Assembly (NCBI GenBank): GCA_028289135.1
Contig: JAQGGW010000001.1
Span: 12,018 to 76,017 of the forward strand
DNA length: 64,000 bases
Direction: 5' to 3'
DNA from: Candidatus Saccharimonadota bacterium
GTDB lineage: Bacteria; Patescibacteriota; Saccharimonadia; Saccharimonadales; JACDBH01
The position numbers and the translations under genes are program-made. Below are positions 43,121 to 53,330 of the stretch, piece by piece. Below the pieces are notes generated by a model. It was not told where the DNA came from. It did no database searches and worked only from the letters and a program-made list of their open reading frames with translations. The first letter of the stretch is position 1. Each line of letters opens with the position of its first letter.

Positions 43121-45718
43121 CTATTTTTTGCGCTTTTTAGCTTTAGACTTGTTAGTGCGTTCTGCCTTGCGCGCTTTTTGCTTTTTAACTTTGGTTGATG
43201 CGGCTTTAGTTGCCTTTTTAGCATTTGGGTTAAAATCGGCTTCGTCAAACTCTTCGACATTAAGGATTTTGTCGGCATTATCTACAGATCCGCGGGCAGC
43301 ACGGGTTAGCTCTGTTTCTGTTGGCTGGTCAATGTCGGTTGGTTCGGCGTTAAATAGTGTGCGCAAAACGTCGTGGCGCAAAACTTCCTGCATAGCCGCG
43401 AACAAAACTTGTGACTGACGGCGGTATTCTACCAATGGGTCACGCTGTCCAACGCTGAGCCAGTGAATGCCTTCACGGAGGTGATCCATGTTCTCAAGGT
43501 GCTGCATCCATAGGTTGTCGAGGACCTGGAGGTAAACATCGCGCTCAACTTTGCGCATAATTTCCTCAGAAAATGCTTCTTCGCGGGCATCATATAGTTC
43601 TTCAACGGCGTCTTTTAGTACATCCGCGAACTTGCTTGGCTCGGCGTCAAAAACACGGTCCAGCACAGCTTCGTCAAACGGGAATACTTCGCGCAGGATT
43701 GATTCAAACTTGTCGGTTGTTGAGTCGGGTGAAGCGACTAAAGCGGCAATTTCTTCTTTGATGAACTCTTTGATCCGGACTTTGATGGTTGCCTGCAGCA
43801 AAATTTCGCGGCGCATGGCATAGATTGCTTTGCGGTGGCGGTTCATGACGTCGTCATACTGGACGACGTTTTTACGCTGGTCAAAGTTAAATCCTTCGAC
43901 TTTTTTCTGGGCGGCTTCGAGGCTCTTACTAATAATACGGTTTTGGATAGGGGTTGAGTCGTCGACCTTGAGGCGCTCCATAATGGAGCCGATGCGGTCA
44001 CCGCCGAAAATACGCATTAGTTCGTCTTCGGTACTAACAAAAAACTGTGTCTCGCCTGGGTCGCCCTGGCGTCCCGAACGTCCGCGGAGCTGGTTGTCGA
44101 TACGGCGGGATTCGTGTCGCTCGCTTCCTAGCACAAACAAACCGCCTAATTCTTTAACGTCTTCATCTAGCACAATGTCGGTTCCACGTCCGGCAATGTT
44201 AGTTGCAAGAGTAACAGCACCCTTTTGACCGGCTTTGGCGACAATTGCGGCTTCGCGTTCGTTGTTTTTGGCGTTTAAAACTTGGTGCGGGATGTTGGCC
44301 TTTTTAAGCATGCTGCCCAGTTCTTCGTTCTTTTCAATAGAAACAGTACCGATCAGCACTGGTTGGCCCTTGGTATGAAGCTTTTTAACTTCGCTGACAA
44401 TGGCTTTAAACTTGCCTTTTTCGGTCTTATAAATCCGGTCAGGATCGTCTTTGCGGGCCAGTTTGCGGTTGGATGGGATCTCGACAACTTCAAGCTTATA
44501 GATCTGGTGGAATTCTTCGGCTTCTGTAAGAGCAGTACCGGTCATACCGCCAAGCTTTTCGTACAAACGGAAGTAGTTTTGGAATGAGATGGTCGCCAGC
44601 GTCATGGATTCTTCTTGGACTTCTACGCCTTCTTTAGCTTCAATGGCCTGGTGAAGTCCTTCATTATAGCGGCGTCCTGCCAGCATACGGCCGGTAAATT
44701 CGTCGACAATTACCACTTCGCCGTCATTACTAACCACGTAATCCTTGTCACGCTTAAAGAGCAGTTCTGCCTTTAGGGCTTGTTCTAGGTGATAGATATT
44801 GCGGATGTTTTCGGTTGAATAAAGACTTTTAAGGTTCAGGATTTTTTCGATTTTTTCGACGCCTTCGTCGTTTAGGATAACGGTGCGGCGCTTTTCGTCG
44901 ATTTCGTACATACTAGGCTTTAGCTGTTTAACAACTTTACTGAATTGGCCGTAGCTAGCGCCGGATGCGACCGCTGGAGCGGAGATAATAAGCGGAGTGC
45001 GGGCTTCGTCGATTAGGATGGAATCAACTTCGTCGACAATCGCATAATGCAAGTCGCGTTGGCGGAGCTGGTCGGTTTCGCGCACCATGTTGTCTCGGAG
45101 GTAGTCAAAGCCGAGTTCGTTGTTGGTGCTGTAGGTAATGTCGGCCTGGTAGGCTTCTTGGCGGGTTGAAGGCTTGAGGTGCTGAAAGCGCTTATCGTCA
45201 TGGGAATTGTCGGTAAAGTCTGGGTCATACAAATATGATTGGTCGGGGATAATAACACCGGTAGTGAGGCCTAGGAAATGATAAACGGGAGCCATCCAGC
45301 CGGCACCAATGCGTGCCAGGTATTCGTTAACGGTAACAAGATGTGCGCCCTTGCCTGTTAGAGCGTTTAAGAAAAGCGGCAAAGTAGCGACCAGAGTCTT
45401 TCCTTCACCAGTCTTCATTTCGCCAACGTTGCCTTCGTGGAGGACCATGCCGCCGATGAGCTGGACATCAAAGTGGCGCTGACCGAGGGTTCTGAAGGCC
45501 GCTTCACGGACAAGCGCGAACGCATCCGGCAAAATTGCATCAAGTGATTCTTTTTCAAGGCGCTTTTTTAGAACAGCTGTTTGTTCTTTTAGTTTGGCAT
45601 CCGAAAGCTTCTTGTACTTTGGCTCAAGCTTGTTAACTTCCACGACTCTTTTGCGGAGGCGTTTAATGGTTTTGGCTTGTGGATCACCGAGCACACGCTT
45701 TAACAATCTATTGTTCAT
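43121..45718 (-). CDS. secA: preprotein translocase ATPase SecA
   Basis: MKTGEGKTL, DEVDSILIDEARTPLIIS. The Lys-rich C-terminal tail lacks the usual Zn-binding Cys motif. Confidence 0.97.
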   Translation of the reverse strand: MNNRLLKRVLGDPQAKTIKRLRKRVVEVNKLEPKYKKLSDAKLKEQTAVLKKRLEKESLDAILPDAFALVREAAFRTLGQRHFDVQLIGGMVLHEGNVGEMKTGEGKTLVATLPLFLNALTGKGAHLVTVNEYLARIGAGWMAPVYHFLGLTTGVIIPDQSYLYDPDFTDNSHDDKRFQHLKPSTRQEAYQADITYSTNNELGFDYLRDNMVRETDQLRQRDLHYAIVDEVDSILIDEARTPLIISAPAVASGASYGQFSKVVKQLKPSMYEIDEKRRTVILNDEGVEKIEKILNLKSLYSTENIRNIYHLEQALKAELLFKRDKDYVVSNDGEVVIVDEFTGRMLAGRRYNEGLHQAIEAKEGVEVQEESMTLATISFQNYFRLYEKLGGMTGTALTEAEEFHQIYKLEVVEIPSNRKLARKDDPDRIYKTEKGKFKAIVSEVKKLHTKGQPVLIGTVSIEKNEELGSMLKKANIPHQVLNAKNNEREAAIVAKAGQKGAVTLATNIAGRGTDIVLDEDVKELGGLFVLGSERHESRRIDNQLRGRSGRQGDPGETQFFVSTEDELMRIFGGDRIGSIMERLKVDDSTPIQNRIISKSLEAAQKKVEGFNFDQRKNVVQYDDVMNRHRKAIYAMRREILLQATIKVRIKEFIKEEIAALVASPDSTTDKFESILREVFPFDEAVLDRVFDAEPSKFADVLKDAVEELYDAREEAFSEEIMRKVERDVYLQVLDNLWMQHLENMDHLREGIHWLSVGQRDPLVEYRRQSQVLFAAMQEVLRHDVLRTLFNAEPTDIDQPTETELTRAARGSVDNADKILNVEEFDEADFNPNAKKATKAASTKVKKQKARKAERTNKSKAKKRKK

Positions 45719-45798
45719 AAGGTCAGTCTATCTCCCTGTAAATTCAGTACCCCCATTGTACCCGAAACTTAGACTGATTGACAGATGTAATTTTGACT

Positions 45799-46161
45799 TT
45801 AGGCTGTTCGGCGGCGGAGTCGGCCGGTCATGCGTCGCAAAAGGTGCGGATTGGTGTGGGTTTCTTTATATTTTTTGAGCTGGTTAACCAATTTCGCCTC
45901 GACAATATCAACAGCCGCAAACATATTTACGGTTGATTCTTTGGCAGTTAATGTCTCGTGCGGCATATAAACAACGAGTTCGGCGGTACACTTTTTGTTG
46001 CTTTGAGCTTTGTTTTCTTTAAGTTTTACTTCGACATGCGCGCTTTCACGAGCCTTTTTTGGCATATAGCGCTCCAGTTTGGCTACGCTTTTGGCAATGT
46101 ATTTTTTAAGCTTGTCATCGGTATCTTCGTGCACGCCTTTTACTTCGTATTTTTGAATCAT
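45799..46161 (-). CDS. hpf: ribosome hibernation promoting factor / RaiA family (short form)
   Basis: 120 aa. The pattern KLKKYIAKSVAKLERY...VEVKL...AELVVYMP...FAAVDIVEAKLVNQLKKYKE is typical. Confidence 0.85.
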   Translation of the reverse strand: MIQKYEVKGVHEDTDDKLKKYIAKSVAKLERYMPKKARESAHVEVKLKENKAQSNKKCTAELVVYMPHETLTAKESTVNMFAAVDIVEAKLVNQLKKYKETHTNPHLLRRMTGRLRRRTA

Positions 46162-46188
46162 AAAACAAGCTCCTTTTTATGTTGATGT

Positions 46189-47451
46189 TTACAGTATAGC
46201 CCGGCCGCCCATGTATGGCTGTAAGACTTCAGGCACGCGCAAGCTGCCGTCTTCATTTTGGTAGTGCTCGATTATTGCCACCAATGAGCGCGCAAGCGAC
46301 ACCGCCGTGCCGTTTAAAGAGTGCATCATCTCAACCGTACCATCTTTTCGGCGGACACGAATATTGAGATTGCGTGTCTGGAAGTCAGTACAGTTACTAC
46401 AGCTGGTGAGCTCACGGTACGCCTCGTCTACAGGCGACCAGTATTCTATGTCGTACTTCTTAGCAGCCGGCGCGCCTAGATCACCGCTAGCAATGTTGAT
46501 AATGTGGTATGGAATGCCAATTGCCTGCCAGATCTCTTCTTCGATTGCCAATATTTTTTCGTGCATTTCACGACTGTTTTCGGGCAAAGTAAAAGCGTAC
46601 ATTTCCAGCTTGTTAAACTGATGTACGCGGAACAATCCTCGCGTATGCTTGCCGTATGTGCCGGCTTCTTTGCGATAGCAGGGGCTAAGACCAGCGTAAA
46701 GCAGCGGCGTATCTTTCTCGTCAATTATTTCGTCGGCATGATAACCAGTTATCGGCATTTCCGATGTTGCAATAAGCGAAAGATCTTCGCCTTCGATAAA
46801 ATATTCGTCACTTTGTTCACTACTTCGCGGAGCAAAGCCTGCCCCTGTTGCCGTACGACTGTTTACCATGTTTGGCACAATCATAAAGATAAAGCCTTTT
46901 TTGGTCACAAAATCGAGAGCAAATTGAGTAATTGCATTTTCTAGCAGGGCTAGATCGCCTTTTAGAAAGTAGAATTTTGCACTGGCTACCTTGGCGCCGC
47001 GTTCAAAATCTACCCAACCGCGCTTGGTCGCAAAGTCGAGATGGTCGGTTGCGCCTTTTGTTTGTTCGCCAAATTTTTTAATTTCAACACCGGCGCTTTC
47101 ATCCCCCACTGGCACGTCGTCAAACGTAATATTCGGAATACTCTGCAAAGATGCTTTGTGCTTTTCTTCAATATCGCCTAGGCCAGATTCTAGTTCTGTA
47201 AGATCGGTTTTGATCTGTTTGCCTTCATCTATTTGGGCCTGGTCAGGTTTGCCGCCCCCTTGCATTTTGGCGGCGTTTTCGTTTTTACGTTGGCGCAAGG
47301 CTTCAACTTTATTAAGCAATTCGCGGCGTTCTGTATCCAGTTTTAATAAAGCCGGAATGTCTACCGTGTAGCCCTTTTGTTTGGACTTTTCGGCGACAAG
47401 TTCGGGGTTCTCCCTGATAAATTGAATATCTAGCATGGCAACAGTATACAT
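46189..47451 (-). CDS. serS: serine--tRNA ligase
   Basis: N-terminal coiled-coil arm (MLDIQFIRENPELV) and class II core. 420 aa. Confidence 0.95.
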   Translation of the reverse strand: MYTVAMLDIQFIRENPELVAEKSKQKGYTVDIPALLKLDTERRELLNKVEALRQRKNENAAKMQGGGKPDQAQIDEGKQIKTDLTELESGLGDIEEKHKASLQSIPNITFDDVPVGDESAGVEIKKFGEQTKGATDHLDFATKRGWVDFERGAKVASAKFYFLKGDLALLENAITQFALDFVTKKGFIFMIVPNMVNSRTATGAGFAPRSSEQSDEYFIEGEDLSLIATSEMPITGYHADEIIDEKDTPLLYAGLSPCYRKEAGTYGKHTRGLFRVHQFNKLEMYAFTLPENSREMHEKILAIEEEIWQAIGIPYHIINIASGDLGAPAAKKYDIEYWSPVDEAYRELTSCSNCTDFQTRNLNIRVRRKDGTVEMMHSLNGTAVSLARSLVAIIEHYQNEDGSLRVPEVLQPYMGGRAIL

Positions 47452-47531
47452 CTGAGACGCTTCAGATTACAGGTTTAAGTGGTATATTCGGTTTTTTTGT
47501 TTGTAAAACCTTACTTCTCGGATATGCTTTA

Positions 47532-48485
47532 ATGAACATCAATAAGGTAAAAACTATGGATTCTAAGCAAGACAATTCACAAGCCGACCACCCTGTGCCA
47601 CAAACCGGCCCCATCCCTGCACCGACCGCTCCAACACCGTCAGATACGGCTCCATGGCTCCAAAGTTTTACTACGCCTAAGTCCGCACAAACTCCTGAGG
47701 CTTCAACTCCAACAGTTGCACCTGCAGAATCAATCACGGATTTAAGTGCTCTGGCTATTGCTGAAAGCCAACCTTCGGTTCCGCTAGAAATTTCACCCCC
47801 TGCCGCTCAGCCGCACACAAACGATCCGGCTCCAGATGACAAGCCAGCTCCGCCAGCTCCACCCACCCCAATGAAGCAGCCGGATAAGCACCCATCTTCT
47901 GCCAGCCACAAGACGCCGCCGCACCACTCTTCTAGTTCAAAAGCACCAATGATAATTATCATCATCCTAATATTGATTGTCGGAAGTGTCGCCATGGCAA
48001 TTGCCTTTCATAAAAAAGCCCCGGCAAAAACAACCACGGCCACAAAGACTAAAGAAACGGTTGCAACACCTATAAAACCAGACGCCGTTGCCCCGACAAT
48101 TACCGCTACGCCGCAGGAGTTGGCTACAGAGTTTATTAGAGCAAACCAAAACGGCAATAAAACGCTGGCCGACAATCTAATGTCAGCCAAAATGAAGGCT
48201 GGTTTAAAAGAGGCGACTAAATCTGAAAGTTATTACGATTACTGTAAAAATGACCAGTTTTGCGGCTCACTCAAATGGGTAAAAATAGACAACTCAATAA
48301 TTGTTGTTTCGGATGATAAACTCCCTGATGGCTCCGCGGTAAAAGTGGTCAAATACGACATTGCGACAACCACAAACAATACGAAAAGTACTAACACCAT
48401 CAGAATAAGCGTCTCCGCCAATGGAACATCCTGGCAAGTTGAAGATGTTGAGCAATCTTTTAGCGGCGCATTTAGCAACAAATAA
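47532..48485 (+). CDS. Pro-rich membrane-anchored protein (317 aa), unknown function
   Basis: Low-complexity P/A/T N-terminal region, one TM span (MIIIIILILIVGSVAMAIAF), then a globular C-terminal part. Confidence 0.6.
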   Translation: MNINKVKTMDSKQDNSQADHPVPQTGPIPAPTAPTPSDTAPWLQSFTTPKSAQTPEASTPTVAPAESITDLSALAIAESQPSVPLEISPPAAQPHTNDPAPDDKPAPPAPPTPMKQPDKHPSSASHKTPPHHSSSSKAPMIIIIILILIVGSVAMAIAFHKKAPAKTTTATKTKETVATPIKPDAVAPTITATPQELATEFIRANQNGNKTLADNLMSAKMKAGLKEATKSESYYDYCKNDQFCGSLKWVKIDNSIIVVSDDKLPDGSAVKVVKYDIATTTNNTKSTNTIRISVSANGTSWQVEDVEQSFSGAFSNK

Positions 48486-48487
48486 TA

Positions 48488-49267
48488 TTATTTTTTCTTG
48501 AGGGCTTTTAGGGTAAGTTCGGTGCGGGCTTTGGCATACATACAGTAGTCGCATTCCCCGCCCATGGCAGCCGTACCAACTGCCGGCATTTCACCGTCCA
48601 TACAGGATTTCATTTTAATAATTGTCGGCTCGACCCAATCGGCATTGCCGGTGTACGGGATAACTTTGGTGCGGAATTCTATCCGGTTATTAAAGCCTTC
48701 CATGTCCAAGCGGCCGTTCGCATAGACAAAATAGCCAGTGTCATTAACTTTTAGGCCGTTTTGGCGGAGCAGCCATTGGTAGACCTCCATTTGGCGCTTA
48801 TAGCTTATCTGCCAGTCCGAACTTATGTCCACGTCTCTTGCCTTCGAAGTGGCCTTGTAGTCCACCACAATCACGTTCCCGGCAGGATCAACCCACAGGT
48901 CGTCTACCGCTCCAAAAATATGCAGGTTTGTGGCCTGATGGACGGCTACTACGCCGACAAAGTTTTCGCGCCATTGGTTTAGGCTGTCATGTTCAAACGG
49001 GATGGCGTCAACGCCAAATTCGACCATCAAAGGATGCGGTTGTTTTTTGCTACGGTAGCCGTCAAATTCTTTTTTAAAAAGTTCATCGATGGTTTTGTTG
49101 ATGTTAAACGGCGGCGTGTTTGGGCGGGTAATTTTGAGCCGGGCGTCCAGCCAAAAACACCTTGGACACTGCATATATAGCTCAATTTTAGAACGCGAAA
49201 TCTTATAGGCCGTGGTCTGCCCCGGCTTATACGGCTGCGATCGTTCCCTCCAGTAGTTGTTGGCCAT
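48488..49267 (-). CDS. Cas4/RecB-like PD-(D/E)XK nuclease with Cys cluster
   Basis: VVDYK (D/ExK), QMEVY (QxxxY), N-terminal CPRC, and C-terminal C-x17-C-x2-C. Confidence 0.7.
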   Translation of the reverse strand: MANNYWRERSQPYKPGQTTAYKISRSKIELYMQCPRCFWLDARLKITRPNTPPFNINKTIDELFKKEFDGYRSKKQPHPLMVEFGVDAIPFEHDSLNQWRENFVGVVAVHQATNLHIFGAVDDLWVDPAGNVIVVDYKATSKARDVDISSDWQISYKRQMEVYQWLLRQNGLKVNDTGYFVYANGRLDMEGFNNRIEFRTKVIPYTGNADWVEPTIIKMKSCMDGEMPAVGTAAMGGECDYCMYAKARTELTLKALKKK

Positions 49268-49273
49268 GCCTAA

Positions 49274-49966
49274 CTATTGTATCAGCTTTGTCGTGGCAGC
49301 AATGGCGGCGGTTTCGGCGCGGAGGATTAGGTTGCCAAGGTTTAGGCTGCCTAATGAATTTTCTTTAAATAATGCCAGTTCGGCTTCGGTCCAGCCGCCT
49401 TCTGGTCCGATGAAGATTCCTGTGGGTTTGTCACTTTCTCCAAGGGATGTTTCGGATGGTTCGTCACAAACTAGCAGTGTTACTTTGTCTTGATACTCAT
49501 GAACTGCTTCTTCAAGTGTTAACGGTTCCCGGACATGAGGAATGTCGCTCCGTCCGCACTGCTCTGCTGCTTCAATGGCGATTTTTTCAGCTCGTTCGAC
49601 ATTAAACCCAAGTTTTTCACTGCGCTCAGCGATGATTGGCACAAAGTTACTTATACCAAGTTCGGTACATTTTTGGATTACCCACTCGGTTTTGTCTTTT
49701 TTAAGCAGCGACCAAAACAGATAAACATGTTTAGCGGGCAGTTTGCGCTCAAATTCGGTAATTAGCTGCAGCTCGACAGCATCAGGCTCAATACGGCTAA
49801 TTTTGTAAAGCCGCTCAACCGCCACACCGTCAAAAAGCACCACTTCATCGCCAACGCGATAGCGGAAAACTTTAAGCCACTGGTTGCGAAGTTCAGGCGA
49901 CTTAATCCACATGCTTTGTTCAAGCTTGATGTCATCCGGCGCTACATAAAAACGGTGTACTCGCAT
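49274..49966 (-). CDS. rsmE: 16S rRNA (uracil1498-N3)-methyltransferase RsmE
   Basis: MRVHRFYV start, PUA-like N-terminus, SPOUT C-terminus (GPEGGWTEAE). Confidence 0.85.
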   Translation of the reverse strand: MRVHRFYVAPDDIKLEQSMWIKSPELRNQWLKVFRYRVGDEVVLFDGVAVERLYKISRIEPDAVELQLITEFERKLPAKHVYLFWSLLKKDKTEWVIQKCTELGISNFVPIIAERSEKLGFNVERAEKIAIEAAEQCGRSDIPHVREPLTLEEAVHEYQDKVTLLVCDEPSETSLGESDKPTGIFIGPEGGWTEAELALFKENSLGSLNLGNLILRAETAAIAATTKLIQ

Positions 49967-50138
49967 TAAAGCGCCTCGCCGATGATATTTCGATGATATA
50001 TGGGTGCCAAGCAGCGGTGCCAGGCAAGGCTAATATACCGCAGGCGTACAGTAAAAGTACGTCGAGGATATATTAGACATGGTTGGTGCTGCTGTTTGGT
50101 ATCCAGATACATCGTAAATATTGTTGGTGAGGTGCTCT

Positions 50139-50735
50139 CTATTGTACCGTAGTTTTTGGAGCTGGTGTGACCGGGTCGCAATATTGTTTGTAGGTACTGT
50201 AATATTTCCCTGCTGGGTCGCAGTATTCGTCAATGCCTGTGCTAGAGCCCGAACCATTATCAATTAAACTATTGTAGCCGCTGAGGTATGGCTTAACTTT
50301 CTGGCAATCTTCGCCTTTTTTGTGGGTGTAGCCAATGTAGAGCGTGCTTTCTTCGTAGGTTGACGATGAAGAGCCAGAATATGCGCTTCCGTATGCCCGG
50401 GTCATCGCCGCGCTAGTTAGCGCTGAAGATATATCGCTGCTGCCGTAGCCCTTTGCGGCTTTGTAGGTCACGCAAAACTTATATTCTTCGTCAGAAATCT
50501 TGCTGTAGGAAATAGTTTTTGGAGCATCTTTTACGCCAGCGGCAGACAGGCTGCTTGGAATTTCTTGTTTGTTTTCAACATATTTATTGAGCTTGTCGGC
50601 AATATCCTGGGCACTTTTTTCGGTTTTAACGTCTTGGCTAGACTGCACGCCGAGCACAATTACATACACCATGAGGCCAAATGTCAGCAAGCCTAGGACC
50701 ATGAGCCCTATGTAGTATTTTTTCATATCTTTCAC
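50139..50735 (-). CDS. membrane-anchored hypothetical protein (198 aa)
   Basis: N-terminal TM span YYIGLMVLGLLTFGLMVYVIVLG. Confidence 0.55.
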   Translation of the reverse strand: MKDMKKYYIGLMVLGLLTFGLMVYVIVLGVQSSQDVKTEKSAQDIADKLNKYVENKQEIPSSLSAAGVKDAPKTISYSKISDEEYKFCVTYKAAKGYGSSDISSALTSAAMTRAYGSAYSGSSSSTYEESTLYIGYTHKKGEDCQKVKPYLSGYNSLIDNGSGSSTGIDEYCDPAGKYYSTYKQYCDPVTPAPKTTVQ

Positions 50736-50739
50736 GGGT

Positions 50740-51468
50740 TTATCTCCTGACGAGCTTATGTTCGTCGATCCAGTAGTAGGCTAAGATTCCGCCCGCAACA
50801 AGCAGAACGGCCGCGGTTGAACCAATGAATTTAGGTATCGAGACGCTGCTGCCGCCACCGATCTTTTCCATAATTACAGCGATGAGCGCTACGATGTTTG
50901 AGAAACAGACTAAAAAAGCCAGTATCTGGGTAATCTGGGAAAATCGGCGCTTTGAGGCTTCGAGGCGGAGTGATGGATCGCTGAGCTCGGCACGACGCAA
51001 ACGAATGTAGAAAAACGCAAAAACCGGTACGGCTACAATGAGAAGTGAAACTGGGAAAGATAGCACCGAAAATGATGCACCGCCGTTGATGAGCGTAACC
51101 AAAATGCCAATAAGTGAAGCGCTCCAGATCCAGAGCATGATAGACATCATCGCGTATTCGATGCCGCGGACGCTCAAGACCCTAACTACAGGCACTGGGC
51201 GGTCGTCCATTGGCATGCTCAGGCTTGGGCTGGCAGTAGCCGGTTCGCTGTTCCACGAGGCTGCTGGTTTTGGCTGTTCTGGGATATAAATTGGCTGCGG
51301 CGCTGGCGGTTGGTAGGCAGGTGCCGGCGGCTGCATTGGTGCGGCAGGAGCTGGGTCTGGTGAGCCGTGCTCTGGGATTTGATGCGCGTATGGAGTGTAG
51401 CTCTCGGGCGCGGGGCTAGGCTCTGGTGGGTTTGGCTGCCATGAATTTTGACCGTTGTTATTGTCCAT
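50740..51468 (-). CDS. membrane protein with Pro-rich N-terminus (242 aa)
   Basis: PAPxxQPPAP repeats followed by about 4 TM spans. Confidence 0.55.
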   Translation of the reverse strand: MDNNNGQNSWQPNPPEPSPAPESYTPYAHQIPEHGSPDPAPAAPMQPPAPAYQPPAPQPIYIPEQPKPAASWNSEPATASPSLSMPMDDRPVPVVRVLSVRGIEYAMMSIMLWIWSASLIGILVTLINGGASFSVLSFPVSLLIVAVPVFAFFYIRLRRAELSDPSLRLEASKRRFSQITQILAFLVCFSNIVALIAVIMEKIGGGSSVSIPKFIGSTAAVLLVAGGILAYYWIDEHKLVRR

Positions 51469-51548
51469 GCTGGAGGTTTCCTGTTTATGCTTTTAAGGTA
51501 AGTATACGACCAAGCCTGAGAAAATACTATTACCCTTATTAATCTTAT

Positions 51549-52166
51549 TTAAAGACGAATATTAAGCAGCTCTTTGGGCTTGTCGATTATAAAACTTGGA
51601 TGCTGTTTGCTTAAAATTTCACGGGTATTAAAACCCCAGGTAACAGACACGCCCTTGATAAAAGCCAGCCGTGCCGCCTGGATGTCGCGTGTTTCGTCAC
51701 CAATGTAAACAGTGTGTTTGCGCGGCATATGATGCTTTTTCATAATTTTACGGATATGTTTGGCTTTTTTGAACAGCCCAGCGCCTGATTCTATGTCGGC
51801 AAAATAGTCGGGTACTTTGTTGAGGTTTAGAAATTTATCAACGCTGTCGCGGGTGTTAGACGTAACAATATAGAGCTTATCCCCCCTTTCGTGAAGTGTT
51901 TTAAGAGTCTCTGGAAGCCCCGGGAAGCTAGTAAGCGTTGGGATAAGCGCCTTAAAATCTGGCAGCCCGCTTAAAAGCAGCTTGGGCAGCTGCCACCAGT
52001 GAACCCCAAGGCTGCGGATTGCGCGGCGGGACGTCATCCCCCGCAACGCCTGGATTTCATCGGCGCTTAAAGGGTTATCGTTATTGCGGATGTTTTTGTT
52101 ATAAATGGCAACCATAGCCACAAAACTGTCAGCAATGGTCCCGTCAAAGTCAAAGATATAGTTCAC
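51549..52166 (-). CDS. HAD-superfamily hydrolase (phosphoglycolate phosphatase-like)
   Basis: Motif I FDFDGTIADS. Motif IV GDETRD. Confidence 0.8.
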   Translation of the reverse strand: MNYIFDFDGTIADSFVAMVAIYNKNIRNNDNPLSADEIQALRGMTSRRAIRSLGVHWWQLPKLLLSGLPDFKALIPTLTSFPGLPETLKTLHERGDKLYIVTSNTRDSVDKFLNLNKVPDYFADIESGAGLFKKAKHIRKIMKKHHMPRKHTVYIGDETRDIQAARLAFIKGVSVTWGFNTREILSKQHPSFIIDKPKELLNIRL

Positions 52167-52182
52167 AATTTAATTATACAGG

Positions 52183-52665
52183 CTATGCTACTGCTTCGTA
52201 AGGAATATGGCACATGCCTCTGCCTGTACGCTCGGCAAATTTTTGATGGTAATCTTCGGCTGGCCAAAATTCTGATGCTTGAGTTATCTCCGTCACAATT
52301 GGTTCGTTAAAGTTGCTTTGCGCTTCTTTTTTAGCTGCTTCGGCCTGCTCTTTTTGCTCTTCGCTGGTATAGAAAATGGCGGTTCGGTAGCTGTCGCCCA
52401 CATCTGGGCCTTGGCGGTTCATTTGGGTTGGGTCGTGCATTTTAAAAAACTGCTTTAGCAAAGTTTTATAGCTTACAACGCTTGGATCAAATTCGATTTT
52501 TAATGCCTCGGCGTGCCCTGTTGTATGTGTGCAAACATCTTCGTAACTTGGGTGGCTAGTGTGGCCGCCTGTATAGCCAACAACCGTTTCTTTTACCCCC
52601 GGTACTTGGTCAAAATAAAACTGTACTCCCCAAAAACATCCTGCTGCAAATATTGCTGTCTCCAT
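52183..52665 (-). CDS. msrA: peptide-methionine (S)-S-oxide reductase
   Basis: Active-site GCFWG. Confidence 0.95.
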   Translation of the reverse strand: METAIFAAGCFWGVQFYFDQVPGVKETVVGYTGGHTSHPSYEDVCTHTTGHAEALKIEFDPSVVSYKTLLKQFFKMHDPTQMNRQGPDVGDSYRTAIFYTSEEQKEQAEAAKKEAQSNFNEPIVTEITQASEFWPAEDYHQKFAERTGRGMCHIPYEAVA

Positions 52666-52967
52666 TATTCACTAACCTGTATATCCCGCCAGAAAGCTAT
52701 GTAGTTGGCGAAGTCTTTTTTGACGATGGCGATGGCACCTGGTTTTGGTTCTGGGTAACTAAATGCCGAGTCTTTGCTGACTGTGTCGCCGGCATGTACA
52801 TCAAAATATTGGCAGACGCCTTTCCATGGGCAGGTGTACGGTGTGTCAGACTTGGTTAACATTTCGGCTTTGACTGAGCTTGGCGGAAAGTACCAGTTGC
52901 CTTCAATATAAATTAAATCTGCCTTGTCGGCTTCGGCGATAACTTGGTCGTTTAACAATGCTTTCAT
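52665..52967 (-). CDS. DUF427 domain protein
   Basis: YTCPWKGVCQYFDV matches the TxCPWKGxAxYY signature. Confidence 0.75.
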   Translation of the reverse strand: MKALLNDQVIAEADKADLIYIEGNWYFPPSSVKAEMLTKSDTPYTCPWKGVCQYFDVHAGDTVSKDSAFSYPEPKPGAIAIVKKDFANYIAFWRDIQVSE

Positions 52968-53308
52968 AGTTTAATCCTTACATAAATCATCTCGTGTTCT
53001 TCTTGAGAATCATTGGTTATTTTATGTTGTGTACTAGCCGGAAAAATAAATACATCGCCTGGAGCGTATTCATATTCCCCATCCTCGTCGGACACCTTTC
53101 CTTCCCCTTTTAAGACAACCATAATTTCTTCAACGCCTTCGTGATCATGCCAGTCAAAACTATTTCCAGCCGGCAAAAATCCGTGGGTCATGGCTTCAAG
53201 ATTAGTACTTTTTAAAAATTCAGGCGATGCAAAAACCTTGCGCGACCCTGTGCCGCCATGGGCTTCTTCTTTGGGAATATCTGCAGCTGCCCGTTTGATT
53301 ATCTTCAC
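52964..53308 (-). CDS. cupin domain protein
   Basis: Cupin motifs WHDHEGVEEIMVVLKGEG and GDVFIFPASTQH. Confidence 0.75.
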   Translation of the reverse strand: MKIIKRAAADIPKEEAHGGTGSRKVFASPEFLKSTNLEAMTHGFLPAGNSFDWHDHEGVEEIMVVLKGEGKVSDEDGEYEYAPGDVFIFPASTQHKITNDSQEEHEMIYVRIKL

Positions 53309-53330
53309 ACTTTTAGTTTAGCAGATAAAT

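Noticed and set aside
41827-43278. The full-length 483-aa version of the M16 peptidase ORF.
   Set aside because: Its first 53 codons overlap the Lys-rich 3' end of secA by 158 nt in another frame. The in-frame GTG at 43119 directly after the secA stop is the more plausible start.
43551-45258. Numerous 60-130-aa ORFs antisense to or out of frame within secA. The same occurs in pyrG, xseA, helicase, serS, lysS, ftsE and other genes.
   Set aside because: They are fully nested in long genes with strong family motifs, have low-complexity Ser/Arg/Pro-rich translations, and lack SD sequences. These are typical shadow ORFs.
50003-50024. A sigma-54-like promoter, TGGCACC-N6-TGGCACC, read on the minus strand upstream of rsmE.
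   Set aside because: The downstream element is TTGGCA rather than TTGCA at the required spacing. It is better described as a direct repeat. No rpoN or enhancer-binding protein is evident in the window.
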